From an uncultured Micavibrio sp. (GTDB lineage: Bacteria; Pseudomonadota; Alphaproteobacteria; Micavibrionales; Micavibrionaceae): a stretch of 64,000 bases of DNA. The notes beneath the pieces are model-generated. The model was not told where the DNA came from, made no database searches, and was given only the letters and a program-made list of their open reading frames with translations. The position numbers were made by a program, and so were the translations under genes. Numbering within the stretch: the stretch's first letter is position 1; every line of letters starts with the position of its first letter. The stretch spans positions 5,575 through 69,574 of the forward strand of contig CAYGNI010000001.1 in assembly GCA_964351195.1 (NCBI GenBank), read 5' to 3'. Of the stretch, positions 1-9,424 are shown piece after piece.

Positions 1-1
1 T

Positions 2-685
2 TCGCAGGTCGAGCTGCGACTGGCCGCAGAAATGGCGGGCGTCGAGGCACTCAAGCAAGCCTTCAAAGACGGCGTAGACATCCACACGCTCACAGCCTCA
101 CAAGTCTTCGACGTCCCGCTCGATAAAGTTGATTCAGAAACGCGCCGTCGCGCAAAGGCCGTAAATTTCGGAATTATATACGGAATTTCCGGCTGGGGCC
201 TGGCCAAGCAACTCGGCTGCGACCCGTCCGATGCCTCTGATTTCATCAAACGCTATCTCGCCAGATTTCCCGAAATCAAAGATTACATGGAAGCCAAAAA
301 GGACGAGGCGCGCGCAAACGGTTTCGTCAAAACGCTCTATGGCCGCAAATGCTTTACCCCCAATATCAATGCCAAAATCCCCGCCCAGCGCGGCGGATCA
401 GAGCGCGCGGCCATCAACGCTCCGCTTCAGGGTACAGCCGCAGACATCATGAAAATCGCCATGAGCAAAATGCCCGCAGCGCTACAAAAAGAAGGACTCT
501 CCGCCAAAATGCTGCTGCAGGTCCATGATGAGCTGATCTTCGAAGTCCCCGATTCAGAGCTCGAGAAGACCTCCGCGCTCGTCAAAGACATCATGGAAAA
601 CGCCTTCAAAATCATGGGCGTGGAAATTTCCGTTCCCCTCGAAGCCGAAGCGGGATCAGGGCAGAACTGGGGTACCGCGCACTAA
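2..685 (+). CDS. polA: DNA polymerase I, C-terminal fragment (5' end lies upstream of the window)
   Basis: Frame 2 is open from base 2 (SQVELRLAAEMAG...). Family-A polymerase motifs are present: RRRAKAVNFGIIYG (motif B) and QVHDELIFEV (motif C). Confidence 0.93.
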   Translation, partial: SQVELRLAAEMAGVEALKQAFKDGVDIHTLTASQVFDVPLDKVDSETRRRAKAVNFGIIYGISGWGLAKQLGCDPSDASDFIKRYLARFPEIKDYMEAKKDEARANGFVKTLYGRKCFTPNINAKIPAQRGGSERAAINAPLQGTAADIMKIAMSKMPAALQKEGLSAKMLLQVHDELIFEVPDSELEKTSALVKDIMENAFKIMGVEISVPLEAEAGSGQNWGTAH

Positions 686-696
686 TCACTCTTCGT

Positions 697-727
697 CATT
701 GCACGGACAAGCCGTGTCATGACGATT
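697..727. terminator. Imperfect hairpin between convergent polA and the channel gene (possible bidirectional terminator)
   Basis: gtcat-tg-cacgg / ccgtg-tc-atgac inverted repeat in the 48-nt convergent intergenic gap. The T-run is weak. Confidence 0.35.
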
Positions 728-733
728 TTATTA

Positions 734-1582
734 CTAACGCGCTTTCAAAATTTTCTTCATCTCCGCCAATTCCTCGCGCAAACCCCGCACCTCTTCCGTC
801 AATTCACTGGGCCGCATGCGCCGCTCTGGTCCGGTATAATCCTCATCTTTTTCATGAATAATATTCATCGCATCAACAATAATCCCGATAAATAAATTCA
901 AAACCGCAAAGCTGGTGATCACAATAAAAGGAATGAAAAACAGCCACGCATAAGGGTAAACATCCATGACGGGGCGAACAATTTCCTGGCTCCACCCCTC
1001 CAAAGTCATCACCTGAAATAACGTGTACATAGACTCGCCAATATTCCCAAACTTACTGGCAATCACTGGATCAGGATGCGCATAAAACAGCTTCGTGGCC
1101 AACACCGCACACACATAATAAATTACCATCAAGACCGCCATAATTGACGCCATCCCTGGGATTGCATGCAACAAAGCGGCAACCACTCTGCGCATGGATG
1201 GCACAACAGAGACAAGCCGCAACACGCGTAAAATGCGCAACGCGCGAAGAACTGCCAACGGCCCACTTGTAGGGGCCAGCGCAATCAACACAATCAAAAA
1301 ATCAAAAATATTCCATCCGGCACGAAAGAAAGAGAGCCGATAAACGAAGAGCTTAAGTGCAATCTCAACCACAAAAATATACAGAACAATCCGATCAAAA
1401 AGCATCAGCTCCGGCCCGTATTTGGCCATGATGCCGGCATCGGTTTCCATACCCAACGTCACGGCATTCATCAAAATCACGATTGTGATAAAAGATGTAA
1501 AAGCAGGCTTTTCAATGAACCACGCAATGCGGCCCCGTAAGCCTGAAAATTCGCGGTCTTTAAGATTTAACGGCCTGACCAT
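734..1582 (-). CDS. Bacterial voltage-gated cation (NaChBac/BacNav-like) channel
   Basis: S4 arginine ladder LRALRILRVLRLVSVVPSMRR, pore/filter FQVMTLEGWSQ, and C-terminal coiled coil ELTEEVRGLREELAEMKKILKAR. I chose the start at MVRPLNL (M51 of the track ORF), which gives a typical ~280-aa BacNav and avoids overlap with the divergent gene. Confidence 0.8.
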   Translation of the reverse strand: MVRPLNLKDREFSGLRGRIAWFIEKPAFTSFITIVILMNAVTLGMETDAGIMAKYGPELMLFDRIVLYIFVVEIALKLFVYRLSFFRAGWNIFDFLIVLIALAPTSGPLAVLRALRILRVLRLVSVVPSMRRVVAALLHAIPGMASIMAVLMVIYYVCAVLATKLFYAHPDPVIASKFGNIGESMYTLFQVMTLEGWSQEIVRPVMDVYPYAWLFFIPFIVITSFAVLNLFIGIIVDAMNIIHEKDEDYTGPERRMRPSELTEEVRGLREELAEMKKILKAR

Positions 1583-1684
1583 TTTTTTAAGCGCCTCTTC
1601 CCTAAATTCAACTATCGTGTTTGTACCAGAATGGTGATAAAAATAAAGATTATTACGATGCAAGAACCATGAAAGAATATCCTC

Positions 1685-2455
1685 ATGTCCGATGCGATCC
1701 AAATCAAAACCAAGAATAATGAAACGATCCACGGTTTCCTCTCAAAACCCAAGCAAAACGCTAAGGATGAGCATAACAAAACCCTCATCCTCATGATCCA
1801 CGGCTTTCCTGGGCAATCGGCGGGGCAAAGCAACCTCTATGGCGATATGGAATTCGTATTGGCCGACAAGGGATATCATGCCTTGCGTTTTGATTTTCGC
1901 GGCTGCGGGCAAAGCGACGGCGATCAGGCCAATTTCACTTGCAAAAAGGCGGGCGAAGACATCAACGCCGTCCTGAATTGGGCCCAAGAGCAAGGCTACG
2001 AACGCTTTATCTATATGAGCGAGGGGCTGGGCACCACGATCGCCATCATGAATATGCCGCCCTCTAAACTAATCGGACAAATCATGCTCTGGCCGGGGCT
2101 CAACCTCCCTTATCTGGCCAAAAGCTTGTTCAAGGCCAACGATATCACCCCCGAAGACGAAAAAACCGGCTATGTCCGGATCAATGACAACAAGATCGGC
2201 GTGCCCTTCATTAAAGAACTGCAAACCATAAAATTCGGCAATTTCATGCGCGATGTCACTATGCCAGTCCTCATTATGCAGGGCGCGCAAGACAGACTTT
2301 TTCCCGTCGAACAAATCGACCTCGCACGTAAGCATATGAGCCCGAAACGCATTGATATCACAACCTTTCAGGATGGTGACCACGGGCTTCTGGCGAGCAA
2401 TCACCGCAAAATGATGATCTTCCACATCGGCCAATTCTTGCAGAAATACGTTTAG
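1685..2455 (+). CDS. Alpha/beta-fold hydrolase
   Basis: LILMIHGFPG oxyanion-type segment, nucleophile-elbow-like YMSEGLG, then GAQDRLF and DGDHG late acid/His positions. Confidence 0.65.
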   Translation: MSDAIQIKTKNNETIHGFLSKPKQNAKDEHNKTLILMIHGFPGQSAGQSNLYGDMEFVLADKGYHALRFDFRGCGQSDGDQANFTCKKAGEDINAVLNWAQEQGYERFIYMSEGLGTTIAIMNMPPSKLIGQIMLWPGLNLPYLAKSLFKANDITPEDEKTGYVRINDNKIGVPFIKELQTIKFGNFMRDVTMPVLIMQGAQDRLFPVEQIDLARKHMSPKRIDITTFQDGDHGLLASNHRKMMIFHIGQFLQKYV

Positions 2456-2640
2456 GCGCTTTTTTGCTTGATTTTTCGGCTGTGATCTTAGTATAACCCA
2501 CACATCCAAAAGATGATCTGGCGAATACGGCTGCCTCGGTCATCGACGCCCGCTCTATGGCGTCCCCGCGAAAGCGGGGATCTTAAAGCGGATAAAAAGA
2601 TCCCTGCCTACGCAGGGAAACCAAAACAAAGGAGATAGAA

Positions 2641-2886
2641 ATGCCGAAAATGAAAACCAAATCTGGTGCCAAGAAGCGATTCCGCGTCACCAGCAGTGGC
2701 AAAGTAAAGGTCAAACAGGCCAAAATGCGCCACATGCAAATGAACAAACCAAAATCCATGAAACGTAAGGCCAAAGGGCAAACAATATTAAGCGAGCCTG
2801 ATGCTCGCATTGTACTGCGCAATTGGTTGCCTTACCTTCGTCGTACAAAGAAGATAGCTCCCAAAGCTGAAGAAGGAGGCAAATAA
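2641..2886 (+). CDS. rpmI: 50S ribosomal protein L35 (with ~15-aa C-terminal extension)
   Basis: [27 protein letters not shown]... is canonical L35. SD aaaggag lies 7 nt upstream. The stop overlaps the rplT ATG (TAATG). Confidence 0.9.
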   Translation: MPKMKTKSGAKKRFRVTSSGKVKVKQAKMRHMQMNKPKSMKRKAKGQTILSEPDARIVLRNWLPYLRRTKKIAPKAEEGGK

Positions 2887-3263
2887 TGGCACGCGTTAAA
2901 GGTGGACCAAGAGCACACGCTCGTCACAGAAAAGTTATCAAAGCTGCTAAAGGCTACTACGGACGCCGGAAGAATTGCTTCCGCACCGCAGTCCAGGCCG
3001 TTGAAAAAGCTGGTCAGTACGCATATCGCGACCGCCGCAACAAAAAGCGTAATTTCCGCGCCTTGTGGATTCAACGTATCAACGCCGCCGCACGCTTGCA
3101 TGACATGACGTACTCAACATTTATGCACGGCCTGAAGCTTACAGGCATCGAATTGGACCGCAAAGTTCTCTCCGAGATCGCAATCCACGACGAAGCTGGC
3201 TTTGCCGCTATCGCAAAGCAAGCGGCTGATGCCCTTGCAAAGGCCGAGAAAAAAGCCGCTTAA
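2886..3263 (+). CDS. rplT: 50S ribosomal protein L20
   Basis: [30 protein letters not shown]...[13 protein letters not shown] is canonical L20. Confidence 0.95.
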   Translation: MARVKGGPRAHARHRKVIKAAKGYYGRRKNCFRTAVQAVEKAGQYAYRDRRNKKRNFRALWIQRINAAARLHDMTYSTFMHGLKLTGIELDRKVLSEIAIHDEAGFAAIAKQAADALAKAEKKAA

Positions 3264-3289
3264 GCGAAAATAAAACGAATTTTAAGAAG

Positions 3290-3316
3290 CGGCCTCATAC
3301 TTTGAGGCCGTTTTTT
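3290..3316 (+). terminator. Rho-independent terminator after rplT
   Basis: cggcctca-tactt-tgaggccg stem-loop followed by TTTTTT. Confidence 0.8.
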
Positions 3317-3355
3317 ATTGAGCTGCCCTCAAACATCCTTTAAAACCAAAACATT

Positions 3356-4459
3356 ATGACCGATATAGCTGCATTAAAAACCGAATTGACCGCCGAAATC
3401 GCGGCCGCCAATGATCTCAAAGCCCTCGATGACGTGCGTGTCACCGTGCTGGGGAAAAAGGGCCGCATCACCGATATCATGAAGACTTTGGGCGGTATGG
3501 ACCCCGAAGAGCGCAAGACCAAGGGCCAGGCGCTCAATGCGCTGAAAGACGAGATTGCCGATCTCATCAAAAGCCAGGAGCGCGCCCTGAAAAAACAAGA
3601 CATGGATCAGCGTCTCTCAACCGAAATCGCCGACATCACGCTCTCTTCGCGTCCCGAGCAAAAGGGCACAATCCACCCGATTTCCCAGACCATTGAAGAG
3701 ATGGTCAGTATTTTCGGTGCCATGGGCTTCAAAGTCGCAGAAGGCCCCGATATCGAAGACGACTGGCACAACTTCACCGCGCTGAACTTCCCGCCCGGCC
3801 ACCCGGCGCGCGAGATGCAGGATACGTTTTTCTTGCCCGAGGACAAAAATGAGAGTGACCCTGAACGTGCAAAAAAGCTGCTCCGTACGCATACCTCATC
3901 CGTGCAGATCCGCCACATGGTGGATAACAAACCACCAATCAAAACCATCTGTTTCGGGCGCACATACCGCTCCGATTACGATATGACCCACACACCGATG
4001 TTCCACCAGATGGAATGCCTCTATGTCGACAAAGGCGTCACCATGGCGCATCTCAAAGGCTGTCTGACCGATTTCGTACGCGCCTTTTTCAAAATGGATG
4101 ACCTGCCCGTGCGCTTCCGGCCCAGCTTCTTTCCGTTCGTGGAACCGGGCGCGGAGGTTGATATCGGCTATATTAAAAAACCCGATGGCGGCATTAAGCT
4201 CGGCAAAGCCGGAAAAGGCGAAGAACAAAAATGGATGGAAATTTTGGGCTCCGGTATGGTGCATCCGAATGTGCTTAAGAATTGCGGTATAGACCCCGAA
4301 GAATACCAAGGCTTTGCGTTTGGCACAGGAATTGAGCGCCCGGCCATGCTGAAATACGGCATCCCTGATTTACGGACCTTCTTCGAAAGCGACACGCGCT
4401 GGCTCTCCCATTACGGCTTCGACCCGCTCAAACGCCCCAACGCCGCCCACAACGCATGA
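3356..4459 (+). CDS. pheS: Phenylalanine--tRNA ligase alpha subunit
   Basis: 367 aa with class II aaRS motifs (FPPGHPAREMQDTFF, RTHTSSVQIR, GFAFGTGIERPAML). Located downstream of rplT. Confidence 0.95.
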   Translation: MTDIAALKTELTAEIAAANDLKALDDVRVTVLGKKGRITDIMKTLGGMDPEERKTKGQALNALKDEIADLIKSQERALKKQDMDQRLSTEIADITLSSRPEQKGTIHPISQTIEEMVSIFGAMGFKVAEGPDIEDDWHNFTALNFPPGHPAREMQDTFFLPEDKNESDPERAKKLLRTHTSSVQIRHMVDNKPPIKTICFGRTYRSDYDMTHTPMFHQMECLYVDKGVTMAHLKGCLTDFVRAFFKMDDLPVRFRPSFFPFVEPGAEVDIGYIKKPDGGIKLGKAGKGEEQKWMEILGSGMVHPNVLKNCGIDPEEYQGFAFGTGIERPAMLKYGIPDLRTFFESDTRWLSHYGFDPLKRPNAAHNA

Positions 4460-4887
4460 ACATCCGCCCGGTAAACCCCGAAGATTTCCCCGAATGGCTG
4501 ACCCTGTGGAATGCCAATAATCAGGGCCACAAAAACGAAGAGCTCACGACCACGACATGGATGCGCCTGAACGATCCCGCCGTGCCTGTCTTCGCATTGG
4601 TTGCGCAGAGTGATGATACGCTGATCGGGCTTTTGCAATATATCGTCCACCCAACCACGGGCAGCATCGATCCCGTATGCTATATGCAAGACGTGTTTGT
4701 TGATCCTGCGCAGCGCAAAAAAGGCATAGCCCGCGCCATGATCAAGGAGTTGGAAAAAATCGCTAAGCGCGAGAAATGGGCGCGGCTATACTGGCTCGCC
4801 GAGGCGGAAAACGAACCCGCTCAGGCCCTCTACAAAACCCTTGGCCATAAGATGAATTTCACACTCTACATTTTGCCGGTGGATTAA
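4456..4887 (+). CDS. GNAT-family N-acetyltransferase
   Basis: Motif A QDVFVDPAQRKKGIARAMIKELE. ATGA overlap with the pheS stop. Confidence 0.8.
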   Translation: MNIRPVNPEDFPEWLTLWNANNQGHKNEELTTTTWMRLNDPAVPVFALVAQSDDTLIGLLQYIVHPTTGSIDPVCYMQDVFVDPAQRKKGIARAMIKELEKIAKREKWARLYWLAEAENEPAQALYKTLGHKMNFTLYILPVD

Positions 4888-6815
4888 GACCCCATGCCAA
4901 AAGTTTGGTTGTTTTGAGGTAACAAAGCCTGAACCATTTCTTCGGATGTTGGGCCGTGAGCATTGCCAAATTGTGATGACAATGCATGTGGCTGATCCCT
5001 GTCCATGCGCGCCGCCGCAACGTAATATCTATTCGCCAGAGATTCATCCCATCTATCAGGGACAGCGCCTTGCGGGCCATACGTGGTATCATGACCCAGT
5101 TCTAGTTTTTGTTCCATCTGGGTCATCAAATCAGGCGTAATAATTCCTGTTGGTTGCATGCCCAGAGCCGTTTGAATGGCAATAACCGCCGCTTCGGTTT
5201 TGGGACCAAAATACCCATCCGTACCAGACGGAGTTTTACTTGTTCCCAAGTCAACATCCTGAAGTCCCAATCGCTGCGCAAGTTCGTTGGCGTTTTGCTG
5301 AAATTCCTGAACAATCGGGTTGAACTCATAAGGCGGCGGATCAATGGCATATGCATATTCCGGCTGTGATGGCGGTTGCGGCGCTGGCTCCGGTGTAGGC
5401 CTTGGCGCTGGGGCAGGGGAAACAACAACCGGTGCCGGGTCTGGTGTAGGATTAGGTTCGGGTTGCGTAACAACCGGCGCTGGCTGCGGACGATCTGGCG
5501 GCACATCCCAGATATTGGAGTATGCTGAGGTTGGAACTGAAGGAAGATTGATATCCGTCACATCTTTAAACTCAAAATTACCGTCTGGAAGTTTTGTGAC
5601 AAGTATATCCTTGTCGCCGTTATCGCTCTTAAAGACAATACTATCGCCGTCTTTGATCTCTTCATATGTCGCGACATGCGCGTTATAGTCTAAACGCAAA
5701 TACATTTTTTCATGCAACAATAGTTTCGCGTCAAGGGCCTCTTGGCGAATTGCTATGAGAGGGTCATTTTCATTGGGCGTTACTGGCGGAATTGTGACTG
5801 TCTGTGTTTGCCCTTGGTTGTAAATAGCAACGTAATGATTATATTCTGCGTATTTGTTGTTACGCGAAAATTGATTTTGTGAATTCCCAAGGGTATCGTA
5901 AGCACCATTACTGATTGCACTCAGACGGCTTGTATACGTTCCGTCTTCTCCCGCAGCATCCCAAGACCCATATACAGCAAGGTCATAGTTATCCTTGAAT
6001 CCATAGGAATTAAAAGTTTTACCTGCAATGATCTCGACAAAATTAGCGTCTGTGATGCGATAGGAATCATTGCCATAGCGACTATCCGGATCAGCGGTCG
6101 CTTCAAAGACGTTGCCTGTAACAGATGATAAAACATAAGCATGACCTCCTACACCGCCTGAGCTAGGCCCAAAAAAAACTCCGCCGGTCGTATAAAAATA
6201 ATTGCCTGCAAATTTTAAGTTATCGGGGCTGGGGTCGTTGCCCGCAAGAAACGTATTTTCGACCGCCTGCATGAGTGTGCCTTCAACAACTGACATCGCC
6301 TCACAATCAAATTCTACTTTTTGGCTCCCGTTCAAAATATCTTCGTTAAGATCGTTGAGGCGGTCGGGTCTGATTTCTGTTTGACTGCCATCTACATGTT
6401 GATCGCCTTCAAGACGATATGTGCCGAGACCTTGAATTTTATTGAGCTCTTCAGATGTTATCTGGCTGAGTTTGGCTTCCCATTTAATCCTGTCCCCTTC
6501 GCTCCAATTCGGATCTTGTAATAGGGCTTGCATTTCCGGATCATTTTGAATGCGTTCAATGGTATTGTGCCTTACGGTTTCCAGAGCGCTTGTAAAAGGG
6601 TCGTGGGGCTCATATCCGTCTTGACCAAAAGGCACAGGGCTATTGCCAAAATCTATGTATTGATCTCCACCATACATTGTATCCTTCGGATCATGGGGTA
6701 CTGTTCCATGTTGAAGGGTATAATTGAACGATACAGCCTGATATCCGCTACCAAGCGTAATTAATTGTTGATCAGCGAATTCAATACCAACTTGTGATAA
6801 TGGTGATTTTGCCAT
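4884..6815 (-). CDS. Putative cell-wall-active protein: N-terminal transglutaminase/papain-like Cys-His-Asp region, Pro-rich linker, C-terminal peptidoglycan-binding domain
   Basis: C-terminal DGYFGPKTEAAVIAIQTALGMQPTGIITP resembles PG_binding_1. The linker is PQPAPVVTQPEPNPTPDPAPVVVSPAPAPRPTPEPAPQPP. Candidate catalytic residues are FDCEAMS ... GGHAYV-x16-DPD. Start chosen at MAKSPLSQ (agagga SD). Confidence 0.6.
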   Translation of the reverse strand: MAKSPLSQVGIEFADQQLITLGSGYQAVSFNYTLQHGTVPHDPKDTMYGGDQYIDFGNSPVPFGQDGYEPHDPFTSALETVRHNTIERIQNDPEMQALLQDPNWSEGDRIKWEAKLSQITSEELNKIQGLGTYRLEGDQHVDGSQTEIRPDRLNDLNEDILNGSQKVEFDCEAMSVVEGTLMQAVENTFLAGNDPSPDNLKFAGNYFYTTGGVFFGPSSGGVGGHAYVLSSVTGNVFEATADPDSRYGNDSYRITDANFVEIIAGKTFNSYGFKDNYDLAVYGSWDAAGEDGTYTSRLSAISNGAYDTLGNSQNQFSRNNKYAEYNHYVAIYNQGQTQTVTIPPVTPNENDPLIAIRQEALDAKLLLHEKMYLRLDYNAHVATYEEIKDGDSIVFKSDNGDKDILVTKLPDGNFEFKDVTDINLPSVPTSAYSNIWDVPPDRPQPAPVVTQPEPNPTPDPAPVVVSPAPAPRPTPEPAPQPPSQPEYAYAIDPPPYEFNPIVQEFQQNANELAQRLGLQDVDLGTSKTPSGTDGYFGPKTEAAVIAIQTALGMQPTGIITPDLMTQMEQKLELGHDTTYGPQGAVPDRWDESLANRYYVAAARMDRDQPHALSSQFGNAHGPTSEEMVQALLPQNNQTFGMGS

Positions 6816-6948
6816 GCTTTTGAGTCCTCTATACCTTACACACATATAAATTACGGAAAATTAGTTAATAATTTGTCAAATTCCCGCCTTATGCGTTGTT
6901 TTTTCTGCCAAATCCGTTAAAAATGGCCGTTGATTGGGAGACAATACG

Positions 6949-9354
6949 ATGAAATTCACGCTGAGCTGGCTTCAGCAGCCATTACAGACAAATGCGGATC
7001 TGGATGAAATTTCCAACACCCTGACGGCGATTGGTTTGGAGGTTGAAGAAATCACCGATAACGCAGCGAAATATGCGCCGTTTACCGTGGCGTATGTTGA
7101 AAAGGCGGAAAAACATCCCGATGCGGACAAGCTTCAGGTTTGCACCGTCAAAACAAAAGACGGCGTACAGCAGATCGTTTGCGGCGCGCCCAATGCCCGC
7201 GCGGGTATGAAAGCGATTTTTGCGCCTGAAGGCACGTATATCCCTGGCCTTGATGTGACGCTCAAAAAAGCCAATATCCGCGGCGTAGAGAGCTGCGGCA
7301 TGCTGGTCTCGGAAAAAGAGATGGAGCTTTCGGACGAGCATAAAGGCATTATTGAGGTTGATGAAAAATTCGAGATCGGCACGCCGATGGCTGAAGTTTA
7401 CGGACTTGATGACGCGGTTATTGATGTCTCGCTCACACCCAACCGCGCGGATTGCGCAGGCGTATACGGTATTGCCCGTGATCTCGCCGCTGCTGGCCTT
7501 GGGACACTCAATCCCGTCAAAGCCGCGCCCGTTAAAGGCACATTCAAATCCAAGATCGGCGTTACAATAGAAGATGAAGGCTGCGCGCAGTTTTTAGGGC
7601 GCGAGTTTCGCGGCGTGAAGAACGGCCCCTCGCCCGCATGGCTGCAAAATCTTTTGAAAAGCGTTGGCCTGCGCCCGATTTCCGCGCTGGTGGATATCAC
7701 GAATTTCATCTCTTTGGATCATGCCCGCCCGCTGCATGTCTATGACGTAGATAAGCTCAAAGGCAACATCGCCGTGCGCGCGACCAAAGACGGCGAGACA
7801 TTCGACGCACTGAACGACAAATCCTACACCGTGCAGGACGGCGCGATCGGCATTTACGACGATAGCGGACTTTTGGGTCTTGGCGGGATTGTCGGCGGCG
7901 TATCGAGCGGCTGCACGGAGCAGACCACAAACGTCTTCCTTGAAGCCGCGTATTTCGAGCCGTCACGCATTGCGCGCGCGGGGCGCGATCACGCCATCAC
8001 GAGCGATGCGCGTTATCGTTTTGAACGCGGGGTTGATCCGGAATTCACACGCACGGGCCTTGAGCTCGCTACACAGATGATCCTTGATATCTGCGCCACG
8101 GACTCTACAGAAGCCAGCGAGATTGTTGAAGCGGGCGCGACGCCGAAATGGCAGCGCGACATTGATTACGATCCTGCCTATGTGCAGCAATTGATCGGCC
8201 TTGATGTTTCCGCCGGCCAGCAAAAGCAGATCCTCGAAGACCTAGGCTTTCATGTGCAGGTTGATAAAGGCTTTGTGGTATCCCCGCCGAGCTGGCGCGG
8301 TGATATCGAAGGCAAAGCGGATATTGCCGAAGAGATCATCCGCATTGTCGGGTTTGATAACATTCCCGCCGTTTCTGTCACAGCCGAGAACGCAACGCCG
8401 CAGCCTGCGGAAACACCGCTACTCAGCAAGACCCGCATGAGCCGCGCGGCCTTGTGTGCGCGCGGTTTGCAGGAATGCGTGACCTGGTCGTTCCTCTCGC
8501 GCGATGAAGCCATAGCGTTTGGCGCGAATGATAACGCGATTGCGGCGCTGACCCTGCAAAACGCTATTTCTTCGGAAATGGATGTGATGCGCCCCTCGAT
8601 CCTGCCCAATTTGATTGCGGCGGCGGGGCGTAATGCGGCGCGGGGATATCCGAATGTTGCGCTGTGCGAAGTGGGTCCCGTTTTTGAAAGTCCGCGCCCT
8701 GAAGGGCAAGCCATTCTTGCAGCGGGTATTCGCGCAGGAGCGAATGCGGAGCGTCATTGGGCGGATGCAAATTCCGCGCGCGCCGTTGACCTCTATGATG
8801 CAAAAGCGGATGCGATGGCTGCGCTTGAAGCCTGCGGCATGCCTGCGGGTTCGGGGCGGATCACCCGCGATGCGGCGGAGTATTTCCATCCTGGCCGCTC
8901 CGGCGCTATTCGCCTTGGCAAAACCATCATCGCGCAATTTGGCGAAATCCACCCCGCCGTGCTCGAAGAGCTGGATGTTAAGGGGCCGATTGTCGGCTTC
9001 GAAGTGTTCCTTGAGAATATCCCTGAGCCCAAAAAGCGCGGCACAGAAAAGGCGTTCCTCGCCCTGCCCCCGCTGCAGGCGCTCACGCGCGATTTCGCGT
9101 TCCTCGTGGATGATAGCGTTGAAAGCAAGGACATCATCAAATCCGCGATGGCGGCGGATAAAAAGCTGATCACCGAGGCCAGCGTCTTTGACGTATATAA
9201 AGGCAAGGGCGTGGAGGACGGCAAGAAATCGGTCGCGCTGTCTATCACCATCCAGCCTTTGGATGAAACCCTGACGGATGAGCAGATCGAAGCGCTTATG
9301 AAAGCCGTGAGCGAAAGCGTGCAGTCCAGCACGGGCGGGGTTTTGCGGGGGTAG
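6949..9354 (+). CDS. pheT: Phenylalanine--tRNA ligase beta subunit
   Basis: MKFTLSWLQ... is the canonical PheT N-terminus. The tRNA-binding, B3/4, B5 and FDX-ACB regions are recognisable. The start is M6 of the track ORF. Confidence 0.95.
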   Translation: MKFTLSWLQQPLQTNADLDEISNTLTAIGLEVEEITDNAAKYAPFTVAYVEKAEKHPDADKLQVCTVKTKDGVQQIVCGAPNARAGMKAIFAPEGTYIPGLDVTLKKANIRGVESCGMLVSEKEMELSDEHKGIIEVDEKFEIGTPMAEVYGLDDAVIDVSLTPNRADCAGVYGIARDLAAAGLGTLNPVKAAPVKGTFKSKIGVTIEDEGCAQFLGREFRGVKNGPSPAWLQNLLKSVGLRPISALVDITNFISLDHARPLHVYDVDKLKGNIAVRATKDGETFDALNDKSYTVQDGAIGIYDDSGLLGLGGIVGGVSSGCTEQTTNVFLEAAYFEPSRIARAGRDHAITSDARYRFERGVDPEFTRTGLELATQMILDICATDSTEASEIVEAGATPKWQRDIDYDPAYVQQLIGLDVSAGQQKQILEDLGFHVQVDKGFVVSPPSWRGDIEGKADIAEEIIRIVGFDNIPAVSVTAENATPQPAETPLLSKTRMSRAALCARGLQECVTWSFLSRDEAIAFGANDNAIAALTLQNAISSEMDVMRPSILPNLIAAAGRNAARGYPNVALCEVGPVFESPRPEGQAILAAGIRAGANAERHWADANSARAVDLYDAKADAMAALEACGMPAGSGRITRDAAEYFHPGRSGAIRLGKTIIAQFGEIHPAVLEELDVKGPIVGFEVFLENIPEPKKRGTEKAFLALPPLQALTRDFAFLVDDSVESKDIIKSAMAADKKLITEASVFDVYKGKGVEDGKKSVALSITIQPLDETLTDEQIEALMKAVSESVQSSTGGVLRG

Positions 9355-9424
9355 TTTTACTCCGTATCTGTTTTAGATTGACATAATAGAAAATATTGTC
9401 TTTATTTCCTGATAAAGGAAATTA

